The position numbers and the translations under genes are program-made. DNA of 64,000 nt, taken from positions 74,896,001-74,960,000 of the forward strand of contig OX597822.1 in assembly GCA_951406725.2 (NCBI GenBank), in the 5' to 3' direction. Below, piece after piece: positions 37,921 to 47,562 of this stretch. This stretch comes from Octopus vulgaris (lineage: Eukaryota). The notes beneath the pieces were generated by a model. It was not told the DNA's origin, ran no database searches, and saw only the letters and a program-made list of their open reading frames with translations. The number at the start of each line of letters is the position of its first letter. The stretch's first letter is position 1.

Positions 37921-40900
37921 GTGTTTGTGTGTCTGTGTTTGTCCCCCCAACATTGCTTTACAACCAATGCTTGTGTGTTTACGTCCCTGTAACCTAGCAG
38001 TTTGGCAAATGAGATCGATAAAATAAGTACTAGGCTTACAAAAATTAAGTCCTGGGGTCGATTTGCTCGACTAAAAGCGGTGCTCCAGCATGGCCGCAAT
38101 CAAATGACTGAAACTAGTAAAAGAATAAAAGAATAATACTGTAAATAACCGTACAAACTACAATAGCACAAGCAGTAATTTCCTTGAAGGATTTGGCTAT
38201 CAGAAATATATATTTTTTGATATGTCTGTATGAAGTAGCATCATGAGGTGTAAGAGAGCTAGAAAGGACAATGACGGAATGTTACCTCGCTGTGTTAAAT
38301 AATGCCATCCCATAATAAATTAAAACTATTTTTCTGTAGTTGAAATCTCCATTAATAAAAGAATCTTCAAAACCACATTTTAATAAAAATATATGAAAAT
38401 CATGATTTTTAAGAATTTTTAATAATCGCTTTAATAGTCACTTTCTTTTAGTAAAAGTTGTATACTCTAGACTAATTAATAAACAGCTTTCTTTATTATA
38501 ACACAGATATAAATATAAGCTTAATACAAGTAATACACTGCTATGTTGGGGGTCTTATGATTGGTACTTCACCGTTTCACATTTGTGAGCTCAAATCTTT
38601 CTAGAATTGATATTGTTAATCTTTTTCTAGTAAAGTAAATGAAATGCACTTCTTAAAAAATACAACAGAAAAGAAACCAAAAAAATTATTTACTTATACA
38701 AGTTTGTCAAGTGGAGTCAGTGACTTGACTTTTATGAGGTCAGTGACATCTATCAGTGAGTGATTGTTTGTTGCAGGCACATGCTGTCAGTAATTACTCA
38801 GGGTAGGCAGTTGGTGACCTTTATGTAGCAAAACATACAAAACAATAAGCAAAACACAGGTGTGTGACTGAGCTGAAGGCAGATTTACTTCTGCCTTTAT
38901 AGCACATAGAGAAAACGTTGTTGTAGGAGTGTATGCAGCATGTGTACTACATCAGTCCTATTCGTAGCTTTAATACTGAGATTGAAAGGCAGGGGCGAAT
39001 TATTTCTACCTAATCTACAAATAATAAAATATTTTGTATTTTATGCATAGTAATTAGAGTAACCAACACAATTTTATTGAATTAGATGCATATTTTGCCA
39101 TGACAGGAAAATGTTGCTATTGATATATTTTATTCAAGGTAGGCACTGCCTATCTTGCCTGTCTAGGGGGCATGTCCCTGGTTTGTTGAGTTTATAGGGA
39201 AAGTGAAATAGAAGTGGCTACACTCCTAAGCAATGCAAGACATTCCCTAGTGAGAATTGAAACTGTATCGCAAGCTCCAGTTTACTGGAGATTCAACTTC
39301 TCATCTCATTTCCTCTTCTGCTACAGCAGGAGTGATTTAACAAACCATGTTTGTTAAATCACTCTTGAAGCATGAAATATCTTACTGACACCTAATGCCA
39401 GCCGAGTGAAGATTATAGAATAACATAAAGACAAGATTTGAACCTATAATCCATCAAGTTAGATAGCCAAGCTACTATCATCTCTGCTCAGCTAGTTTTA
39501 CATTGTACAGCTTACGTTAAGCAAATACCTAAACCCTCAATCTTCTTTTTCGTATGGAATTATCAGTCCTTCTGCTTATTTAGTTATTTTTCAGTTACCA
39601 ACACACAGAACCACTAATCACTTCTCTCTTGTGTTTTCTTTCATTTATAATTGTTTATTGAAGCCCACATCATTTTATTTGCAAGTGTTTCTCCTAAGTC
39701 AGCATCAGCAACACCGTTTATTTTGCAAGTGTTTATCTAAGCCACACTATTTATTTGCAGTTGTTTATATACAACCACACTCCATTGATTTTTCTTCTTC
39801 TTTTCTTCTTCTGCTATTTATCTAAACTGCACCGTTTGCTCTGCGATTGCTGATCTAAGCCATTACTATTTGTTTGCAAGTGTTTATCTTATACAGCTCT
39901 ACAAAAAAAAAACAACAACAAAAAAACAAAAACAAACAAGCATAGAAAATAAATAGCTAAATAAATAAATAAACAAACAAACAAACAACCATTTCATCCA
40001 GTCATGCAGATAAAACCATGAAAGAATCTGTTGTAACCCTGACTCGCTTTTCTTTGTTTTTCTCTTACAGCCGATAATAATGTTGTTGATTCGATGCACA
40101 GATGGCTGCCTTCAGTTTATCTTCAACATCATCTGTTTCATTCTCTGCCTGGTGACTCTCATTTTGGCCAGTGAGTATTATAGCATTGCCGACAGCACTT
40201 CTTTGTTTTCCTTTAATCTCAGTCTCTTCATCTCTCTCTCTCTCTCTCACATAATTACGTCATAAACATTTTTAATTATTATTATAATTATTATTATCAT
40301 AACTCACATTTACTGCTGTATGAAACAGATCCCACCTCCATAACTCTGATTTACATGTAAACGTGTCTGTATAAATACATGTATAAAGTGTATAAATGTA
40401 TGTATAAACATACAGGTGTCGGCTGTGTGGTAAAGAAAATTGCTTCCCGACCATTTGGTCTTAAGTTCAGGTCCATTGCATGGCACCTTGGGCAAATATT
40501 TTTTACCATAGCTCTGGGCCAACCAAAACCTTGTAAGTAGATTTGGATGGAAACTGCAGATAACTCATTGTGTGTGTGTGTGTACCTGTGTCTATACCAT
40601 TGCTCTGCAACCATTTTTCACATGTGGTACACTTGTATTCTTTTCAAAATTCGGCTGTACACCTGAACTAAAATTATAATTGAAAGTATAGGGAAAAAAA
40701 ATTATATTTAGGTTACACTGCGGCACACCTAGTGTCATCTTGTGGCACACCAGCATGCCTCTGCATACCGGTTGCAAGGCATTGGTCTAGATAACAAAAT
40801 GTTTATAAATAATCATCTTCATCATCCTAATCATAATACAGGCAAGGTTGTTCATTTCCAGTCTTTTGTGGAAAACATATCTGTTCATTATTTACATTTG

Positions 40901-41724
40901 ATGGATATTTGTCTTCATCATATGGCGTAGTGGTTAAGAGCGCAGGCAACTAACCCCAAGATTTCAAGTTTGATTCCAGGCAGCAACCTAAATAATAATA
41001 GTAATGATAATAATAATAATGATAATTATAATAATAATGATTAATAATAATACCTTAGGAATGAGAACCCAGGTTCAAAATTTCCCCAAGATACCTGATG
41101 AAGGCTGGAGTGTATATCAGCTGAAACGTTGTGTTAACAACAAACAAGATGAGGACAAATATCCATCAAATGTAAATAATGTAAATAATGTACATAATTC
41201 CTCATCTCTTAAATATAGAACTGTAATATCTGTTCATGTGGAAGTCTTACCTTGCTTGGAAACAGGTGAGGGTTGTCAACAGGAAGAGCTGTAGAAGATC
41301 TGCATCAACAAATTCCATGGAAAATTGGGCATTAAATGAAGATGGTAATGAAAGTATGCAGTGTGGCTGAATAGTTAAGAAGTTATCTTCACTATTAAAA
41401 GGTCCTGGGTTCAATTCCTCTGTATGGCATCTTGGATATATATATATATATTATACCCTAGCCTTGAGTTAACCTGATCCTTGCAATTGAAATTAGGTAG
41501 ATTGGAAATTGTGCTGAAGCCTGTTGGCTTCGGCACATACAGTAGATTGGTGGAAACTCTTCACAGCCTTGGCTTTGTTATCTCATTCTATCTAACACAC
41601 ACACACACATATATATATATACATACACATAATTAAGGGATTAGCAAAAAGTTGCTTCACCACATACCAAAATTTAGAAATAGCAGTCAAAACTGCTAAT
41701 ACTTTTTTGCTATTCCCTTAATTA

Positions 41725-41775
<51 letters not shown>

Positions 41776-44700
41776 ATGAATGTGTGTTAGATAGAATGAG
41801 ATAACAAAGCCAAGGCTGTGAGGAGTTTTCAGGACATTTATAATGAAGTAGCCTTACTACTATTTCAGGGATATTATGAACATCCTTTCATCAGAGGCGG
41901 TGTGAGAAAATATTTGAGTTCGAACTATTGTGGAAGAGGAAATATAGAGGGAAATAAGACAATGAAAGTATAAATAAGATATATAAAGTCCATAACGCTT
42001 AATGTTTACCCACTACTCTTTGGGTCTTCTAGATACCAATACCTCTCCTATATATATGTATATGGTCTATAAGACTTTCATTGGTGTTTACTCTTTGTTT
42101 CCTTGCAGTTCCAACCTTACTGATCAGTCTAGACTATGGCAGATACTACATACCCTGGTGGATTACATGGTTCCTTGTTGCCATCATGATAATCCAGCTT
42201 ATTATTGATATTTTACTTAAGATTCACGATTTCTGCTATTACGAGAAGAACGAAGGTAAGTCTTTCATATTTGCATTCGGTTTGCAGTTTTTTTCTTTGA
42301 AATGTGAAATTGTATGTTGAAGTAGATGTTATTGCATTTTGGGAGGGTCATACTGCCAGTCAGTGAAACACATGCACTGGTTGTAGTTCACTTTAGTTTA
42401 TTATCAGTTAGATAGATAGTTTTATTGTATGATTATTTTTATCATCAGTTAATTATAATTAGTTTGGAACACTGAGCCAAGAGTAAGGAGCAAGAAGTGT
42501 CTGTTAACTGAGGAAATGTTGGGATGCGGGGTGGTGGGGGTGCAAGTGGGATCATCATTGATAAGGTCAAAGGCTCTGGTGAAAGATCTATGGTGAACCA
42601 ATTATTTGATTAATTCATCAATTAATTGACTAATTATCTAAGTAATTGATAATAAAACTCAAGTGAAATATGACTACAGAAGGTAACTCATTTTTGTGTA
42701 TCTAATATTTAATCGGAGTTTGGATGGGGTGGGGTTGCAAAGGTGGAACAGTGCATGTAACCTTTCTTCATGGCCTCTGAGACAAGCGAGAGGAAGGGAA
42801 GCAGGGAGGAAATTATCCTCAGGCTAAGGGCTACCTTGAATACTTTATAACAGCATAGCTTAAGGTACTCAAAGATCAGGTGGTTGTGTTGAACAAGGCG
42901 GCAGGTTAAGTGTACCCCCTATTTCTGTCTCTCTCTTCCCGTGCATTCTCTCTGACTTTTCCCCCCTCCTTCCTTTGTCTTTCAAATACTCCAGTTCTTT
43001 TTTTCCATCTCTCTTCTTAACACTCACATTTCTCTCTATCTTTCAATATATTTTTCTCCTTCATTTGATCTCTCTGTCCCTTCTTTCTATCTTTCTTCTC
43101 TCCTTATATTATATATCTCTCTCTATTCCTGTAACATCTTATATCCCTCTCACACTCTCTCTTGTTCCTTTCTTTTTTTTAGTTATTCTATTGTTGCCTC
43201 TCATTCTCTTGTTCTCCTTCTGTCTTTTCCTCTCATATATTCTCATCTTACTCTCATTTTGTCTTTCTCATGCCCCCTCCTACCACCTCTTTTCTCACTT
43301 TTTGTTTGTATCTTTCTCTCTCTCCCTCGCTGTCTGTCTCTTTCTGTCTTCGTTTTTCTCTTTCACTGACATTTCCCTTCCTCCGTTGTCTCCAATCAAC
43401 CTCTCACCTCACTCCATCACACATCCTATTAGAGAAACTTCATTGCTGCTGTATTCCTCAAGCAGTCGCATACTGAAAGCTTCAATACACCTCTTGTTTC
43501 TTTGTAGTCTCGCCTCAAGATGTCACTTCTAAACACCTTTTTTTTTATACCTTTTGTCTGCTGAAGGGCTACATAGGGAGCTGCACAACTAACACTAGAG
43601 TTTTCTCCCCCTGCTTCCATGTTCTCAGTGCAACTCTCTTGTGTTTGCTTAAATTTTTCTAGCGAATGAAATTGCCTGAAAATTCAGATACAATTATTTT
43701 GACCCAAACAACAACTGAAAAAAATTTCATTGAAATCCATTTGATAGAGACTGCATGCGTGTTAAGAACATGTTTCATTCTTTGATACAGATCATACACA
43801 AATCACAATTTGTATCAAATATTTGTTTTATATTCTTATAAATTGTCAGTTTAAACAGATGATCAGCATGAATGGGTTAAGTGTCTTAAACAAAACCATG
43901 TTATTGACACAAATGCTATCTCTATTGCAGAACGCCGAGAAAAATATGAATACTCAAAGAGGGAGAATCCAAAATTGTACATCCCAGAACCGCACCCCGT
44001 TGTAAGTATACACCTCTTATTATATAGCCTCTTGTTGATGTTGTTTGACAATCAGGGCCCTTATACTGTATAGTTCATATTAGGATCAGTTATTACAATG
44101 GTAATAAGATTGCTGGCTGTGTTCCGTTGACACTGCCTGCATTCAATCCTGGGCATCTCTTACCAGGGCAGAGTGAGAAATGAAGAAGTGATGGAAAGAA
44201 CTTGAATTGGAAGATTTCTGGACATAGTGACGAAGCAGTGGATTATGGTTTACTGGCCATGTGCTTTGATTACTGTAGGAGAAACATGCTACCATTGTGA
44301 TGTGGTGGATGCTGGAAAGAGGGAAAAGACTGAGTGGAAGACCAAGGAAAATGTGGAACAGTACATTCCAGGTCGACATATCATCATCATTATTGTTTAG
44401 CGTCCGCTTTCCATGCTAGCATGGGTTGGACGGTTCAACTGGGGTCTGGGAAGCCAGAAGGCTGCACCAGGCCCAGTCTGATCAGGCAATGTTTCTATGG
44501 CTGGATGCCCTTCCTAACGCCAACCACTCCGTGAGTGTAGTGGGTGCTTTTTACGCGCCACCGGCATGGAGGCCAATCGGGGTGGCACTGACAACGGCCA
44601 CATTCGGATGGTTCTCTTACGTGCCACCGGCACTGGTATCACAGCTACAATTTCCATTGATGTTGACATACTAGCAATGGAATTGGCTCAAGTGGAGCTG

Positions 44701-46394
44701 AGAGGAAAGCGAACAGTTGGGATGTTTGAAGGAAGTTCCTTACCTGTTGCGCTGATGGTATTGGTGTAAAATAAGTGAAATAGATACTTAGATCTCTATC
44801 AGGTTTCAGCAATGAATAGTCAATTGATTGGTCAACTGGACTATTTACTCAATGATTTGAGGTGTAAGTGGACGAGTATTCCACAGATATGTAAGTAAGC
44901 CTGTCTGTCTGTATGGTTAAGAAGCTTTGCAACCATGTAGTTTTGGGTTCTGTTTCACTGTGTGGCACCTTGGGCAAGTGTCTCCTCTCGACTGAGGCTG
45001 ACCAATGCCTTGTGAGTTGATTTGGTTGAGACAAGCTGAAGAAACCCACTGAATGTGTGTGTGTGTGTTACTGTATCCTTACCTTAATTTGCTATGATGT
45101 TTGTAAGTAAGCATCACCATGCAAGCGTTTTCCTTCATTTCCAATCTGCTAGAGCATGTTTTTTTGCAGAATATTAAAAATGAACGATTCATTTACAATT
45201 ATCACACGATGGCAAGACAAGCAGACACAAACACACACATCCATATACGATGGACTTCTTCCAATCTCAAGGCTTTGGTTGACCTAGGGCTATAGTAGAA
45301 AATATTTGCTCATGGTCCCGTGCAGTGAGACTGAACTTTAGACCATATGGCTCAGAAGTGAACTTAACCACCCAACCAGTCCTTCATCAGGGATAATATA
45401 TATTTTAATATACTGGATTTAAATTAACTTGTTAATATTTATTTTCTACATAAATTAATCTTATTAGAAAATTACTATTTTTAAATCTCACGAGAGATAT
45501 TTAGCTACAGTACTTTGTAATAAAGATTGTTTGCCAACATAACATGGCAGTCCTGGTTTAGGACGAATGTTGCTGTAATTTAGATCGTGTCATTTAGCCA
45601 ACTGGAGACAATGTCTCCGGAGGCTAAATTACAGCAACATTCGTCCTAAACCAGGACTGCTATGTTATGTTGGCAAACAATCTTTACTATAAATTAATCT
45701 TATGCCTAATTAAGAAGAATCCAGTTTGAGATTGTGGAACTTGGTTACGAATGCTTACATTCTCTGTTCAAATCTCTTTTTTGTCTATTTGGGCTGGTAA
45801 ATTAAAGTAATTAAAGTTCCAGCCCTGTAACAGAGGTTGATTCAATCTAGAGTACACTTCCCTTCAAAATCTGATGGTCATGTGCCTGGTAGAAGCTTGT
45901 ATTATTTGTATTTATTTTTGTTTCTTTGAAACTAACTTGGGACTGTCGGTTACCACTACGAGCATTCCAGTTGATCTGATCAACAGAACAGCCTGCTCAT
46001 GAAATTAATGTACAAGTGGCATGCATACCCTTAACGTTCTCAAGAAGATTCAGCACCATACAGAATGTGACAAGGCCGGCCCTTTTGAAATACAGGTACT
46101 GCTCATTTTTGCCAGCTGAGTGGACTGGAGCGATGTGAAATAAAGTGTCACCAGGAATTGAACTCACGACCGTAAAGTTGTAAGCTGGATACCCTAACCG
46201 CTAAGCCATGTACTGTCACTTCTTTGAAACTTTCCTACAATCCAATGTACCAATATTTGTTTGTACTCACTCTGTTTTTCCGTTCTGTTTATTATTTGCA
46301 GGGTCGACGCTTCAAGAAGTGTTGTCTGTTTGTTCACGTGTTCTTCACGGTGGTGCTGTCAGTTATTGTTATAATAGTGATCGCTGCCGCCTAA
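6454..46394 (+). CDS. FRRS1: FRRS1/SDR2-like ferric-chelate reductase family protein (signal peptide-Reeler-DOMON-cytochrome b561-TM), 15 coding exons, 602 aa
   Basis: Exons 6454-6646, 9441-9586, 11856-11944, 12984-13086, 15957-16169, 20419-20523, 25870-26023, 28030-28152, 30084-30199, 33661-33747, 35388-35456, 40071-40170, 42109-42255, 43931-44001, 46302-46394. All introns are GT-AG with compatible phases, giving 1809 nt with no internal stop. Family motifs: CSSMAP...QTFW (Reeler), CGKTRGC-P-GC...ALSDD--EGDD (DOMON), AKTHVILMILAW, YWF, AHP, FN (b561), GRRFKK plus final TM. The symbol denotes family, not proven orthology. Confidence 0.92.
6811..6920. repeat. Tandem repeat, 24-bp unit AGTTGTCTGACTGACTGCYAACTT x about 4.5
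   Basis: Seen directly. Confidence 0.9.
7089..7433. mobile_element. Palindromic Tc1/mariner-type MITE (about 155-bp arms)
   Basis: CAGTTG...CAACTG-TA ends; near-perfect inverted arms; sits in the microsatellite of a family A SINE. Confidence 0.85.
8285..8824. mobile_element. Tandem dimer of a roughly 225-bp piggyBac-like MITE
   Basis: TTAA-CCCTTTTGATAC...GTAACAAAAGGG-TTAA; second copy carries a short SINE-tail insertion. Confidence 0.75.
9441..9586 (+). CDS. Coding exon 2: Reeler (VTVSSIDGSKFQDLQIVARK...GTF...NCKEVSG)
   Basis: ttttcag| and |gtaagt; phase 1 to 0. Confidence 0.88.
10370..10790. repeat. Degenerate tandem repeat (GTGTTCACTRTRTG...TTGAGTATATT units)
   Basis: Recurrent gtgttcact motifs. 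Confidence 0.7.
10870..11754. mobile_element. hAT (Charlie-like) MITE with 8-bp TSD GTTTAGAT and a nested SINE at about 11290-11580
   Basis: TIRs CAGCATTTCTTAAA and TTTAAGAAGCGCTG; GTTTAGAT at 10862-10869 and 11755-11762. Confidence 0.85.
11856..11944 (+). CDS. Coding exon 3: Reeler (DGYVKINNELLSNITFFWSADKYVGHIYF)
   Basis: ttattccag| and |gtaagt; phase 0 to 2; W-x-A...G-x-I-x-F pattern. Confidence 0.88.
12046..12640 (+). mobile_element. tRNA-derived SINE family B with triplicated body; other copies near 8845(-), 31952(-), 34864, 35125, 52795, 56656, 57638, 62375(-)
   Basis: B-box GAGTTCAAATTCC; central GCCTTTCATCCTTTCGGGGTCGATAAA-AGTACCAG; many copies. Confidence 0.85.
12984..13086 (+). CDS. 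Coding exon 4: Reeler end and linker (FTISRDYQTFWIRERS...PKVPQE)
   Basis: Poly-T gcag| and |gtgagc; TFW motif. Confidence 0.9.
15346..15667 (+). mobile_element. tRNA-derived SINE family C; other copies near 9722, 13891, 24194, 36151
   Basis: TTAGTGGTTAG A-box, GAGTTCAATTCC B-box, TTGAGCAAGACACTTTA core. Confidence 0.8.
15957..16169 (+). CDS. Coding exon 5: DOMON N-terminal part (ADCGKTRGCYREPAGCWELNC...WMTFALSDDTYE)
   Basis: tttcag| and |gtaagt; 71 codons; FRRS1-type Cys pattern. Confidence 0.93.
16328..17094. mobile_element. MITE-like element with about 115-bp inverted arms and a nested family A SINE (16603-16970)
   Basis: 16336-16440 is the reverse complement of about 16985-17090. Confidence 0.75.
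17264..17537 (+). mobile_element. tRNA-headed SINE with Penelope-like tail (copy 1)
   Basis: A-box TGGCGTAGTGG, B-box GAGTTCGATTC, (TAA)n spacer, tail with CTGATGA...GAAAC; homologous to 40919-41225. Confidence 0.75.
17411..17456 (+). ncRNA. Degenerate minimal hammerhead ribozyme motif
   Basis: GACAC-CTGATGA-AA-GCTG...CAGC-C-GAAACATT-GTGTT; the stem III palindrome ACGT is mutated to ACAT. Confidence 0.45.
20419..20523 (+). CDS. Coding exon 6: DOMON (GDDYAFDCIEDFKHG...ELDE)
   Basis: ttattcag| and |gtgagt; GDD-x4-C. Confidence 0.92.
21519..22000. mobile_element. Second tandem dimer of the piggyBac-like MITE
   Basis: Same family and nearly the same linker as 8285-8824. Confidence 0.75.
23600..24130. 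repeat. Low-complexity (ACC/ACT)n then TC-rich tract
   Basis: Seen directly. Confidence 0.9.
25220..25490. mobile_element. Inverted pair of Penelope-like tail sequences with decayed hammerhead-like cores
   Basis: CTGAAGAAGGCTG...CAGCTGAAA near 25390 and an inverted counterpart near 25315-25345; shares AAGATGAGGAC and CATAATTCCTCATCT-like motifs with the tail of the 17264/40919 family. Confidence 0.55.
25870..26023 (+). CDS. Coding exon 7: DOMON (PKKGIVFETGSHYNNRLRCLFRIQK...WHVLLGGGKAWD)
   Basis: Long pyrimidine tract, catcag| and |gtaagt; C-x-F-R motif. Confidence 0.92.
28030..28152 (+). CDS. Coding exon 8: DOMON His region to first b561 His (KKTEHGLG...YPIAKTH)
   Basis: ttccag| and |gtaagt; phase 1 to 1; 123 nt. 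Confidence 0.9.
30084..30199 (+). CDS. Coding exon 9: b561 TM (VILMILAWIVCAPIG...YYKRMWP...YWFV)
   Basis: ttttgcag| and |gtaagt; LM-x-x-AW and WF motifs. Confidence 0.94.
31078..31420 (-). mobile_element. Retroposon family D with (GAT)n tail; other copies near 20740, 24440, 29391, 37452, 44381
   Basis: Shared CATCATCGTTTAACGTCC...GGATGCCCTTCCTAACGCCAACC...GCTTTTTACGTGCCACC. Confidence 0.75.
33661..33747 (+). CDS. Coding exon 10: b561 TM (VYWPCMVSVFVLMILAFIFFFVDAGGYVE)
   Basis: ttttcag| and |gtgagt; 29 codons. Confidence 0.9.
35388..35456 (+). CDS. Coding exon 11: b561 TM (APYLPLRAHPIMLIVVFVCVLII)
   Basis: tttccag| and |gtaagt; AHP motif. Confidence 0.9.
40071..40170 (+). CDS. Coding exon 12: b561 loop and TM (PIIMLLIRCTDGCLQFIFNIICFILCLVTLILA)
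   Basis: tctcttacag| and |gtgagt; phase 0 to 1. Confidence 0.88.
40877..41237 (+). mobile_element. tRNA-headed SINE with Penelope-like tail (copy 2), with 12-bp TSD and inverted tail fragment at the 5' end
   Basis: ATATCTGTTCAT at 40877-40888 and 41226-41237; 40889-40919 is the reverse complement of 41148-41178. Confidence 0.8.
41090..41135 (+). ncRNA. Minimal type I hammerhead ribozyme motif (Penelope-type)
   Basis: Stem I GATAC/GTGTT, core CTGATGA(A), stem II GGCTG/CAGCT, GAA-ACGT-T palindromic mini stem III. Confidence 0.6.
41553..41830. repeat. Fold-back inverted repeat with mirrored microsatellites
   Basis: GAAACTCTTCACAGCCTTGGCTTTGTTATCTCATTCTATCTAACACAC and its reverse complement; inner arm CATAATTAAGGGA/TCCCTTAATTATG. 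Confidence 0.9.
42109..42255 (+). CDS. Coding exon 13: TM (PTLLISLDYGRYYIPWW...KIHDFCYYEKNE)
   Basis: ccttgcag| and |gtaagt. Confidence 0.9.
43931..44001 (+). CDS. Coding exon 14: hydrophilic loop (ERREKYEYSKRENPKLYIPEPHPV)
   Basis: tattgcag| and |gtaagt; phase 1 to 0 bridges exons 13 and 15. Confidence 0.85.
45521..45686. repeat. Fold-back inverted duplication of a repeat also present singly at about 34560-34770
   Basis: About 62-bp near-perfect arms TAAAGATTGTTTGCCAACATAAC...GTAATTTAG. Confidence 0.9.
46302..46394 (+). CDS. Coding exon 15: final TM and stop (GRRFKKCCLFVHVFFTVVLSVIVIIVIAAA*)
   Basis: tatttgcag|; G-x-x-FKK plus TM as in FRRS1 C-termini; TAA at 46392-46394. Confidence 0.9.
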   Translation, partial: GRRFKKCCLFVHVFFTVVLSVIVIIVIAAA

Positions 46395-46640
46395 TGGATT
46401 AACAGATTAACTCTCTGCAACAACCTGCCACCAAGCGATTCTCTAAATCCTGCCTTACATCACAATCACCACCCACCACCACCACCATACCGGCAAACTT
46501 CAGTCTTGCGATGGATATGTTTGCTGGTGCTTTGGTTATCATTGTGGATTGTTATACATCGATACTGAAGATAAATGGTGCTATTTTGCAGACAAAAGAT
46601 TTTTTTTTTCTGGAAAAAAAAAACAAAACATAAAAGAACA

Positions 46641-46646
46641 AATAAA
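46641..46646 (+). promoter_or_regulatory. Candidate proximal polyadenylation signal AATAAA
   Basis: First AATAAA I noticed after the stop, about 250 nt downstream; weak evidence in AT-rich DNA. Confidence 0.3.
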
Positions 46647-47099
46647 AAGAATAACATTTAAAAAAAAAACCCTAATGCGAAGCCTCTTATAGAACAAATT
46701 TCTACTGTTATAAACAGAAAAGTCCAGACACACACATACATTCACACATATATATATATATTTACTATGTATTTACCAATGTATATTGCACCCCAGTTTT
46801 ATTAGTTGAAATCGAGCATAAAATAATGTGACATATATGAGAAAATACAAAGTGTGTATGTGTGCATATATCGTTACTATTATGTTGAAGTGTCATATGT
46901 CCAAATCTGAACAAATGCATTTTTTATCAATATTTATTTCTGCTTGCAATAGCTGGTTCTTTTGGTCAAACTATCATATGTCAAGATATAAAAATTGTCG
47001 AAGTGTAATACAACGGTTTTGCTATGGAATTGAGAAACTATTTTTTTGTTTTCTGAAAAAGCAATGTTTTAGACTTATGACACTTTTGCATAATACCAA

Positions 47100-47140
<41 letters not shown>

Positions 47141-47509
47141 CACAATTAAAGGTAACAAACCGCATTCAGGGATAGAAAAATCCTATGAAAGTACTGGTTA
47201 ATTACCTATACAAAGAGTATTGAACATTATATTTAATACTCAACTGCAAGGTAACTATATAAGATGTGGTTTATATGTATTTTATCTGTTATGAGAAAAT
47301 AGAAAGATAATTGATAAATAATAATTTATTAATTATGAAATTGACAAACATCCCTTATGGCAGTTTCAATTCAGACCGTCAGAAAATTAGTTAAATTAAA
47401 AATTATTTAAAAGTCGAATCTCTTCAGAGGTAGATAAAGATATACGAAATAGGTGTTCTATTTTCTCATGTTGAGTAAATGGCTGCAAATTACCTTTCTA
47501 TTCTCTCGT

Positions 47510-47562
<53 letters not shown>

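Noticed and set aside
42975-43532. 185-aa Leu/Ser/Phe membrane-like ORF
   Set aside because: CT-rich low-complexity intron sequence.
6454-46394. Gene being a pseudogene
   Set aside because: No stops or frameshifts over 603 codons, and all 14 introns keep canonical sites; expression still needs confirming.
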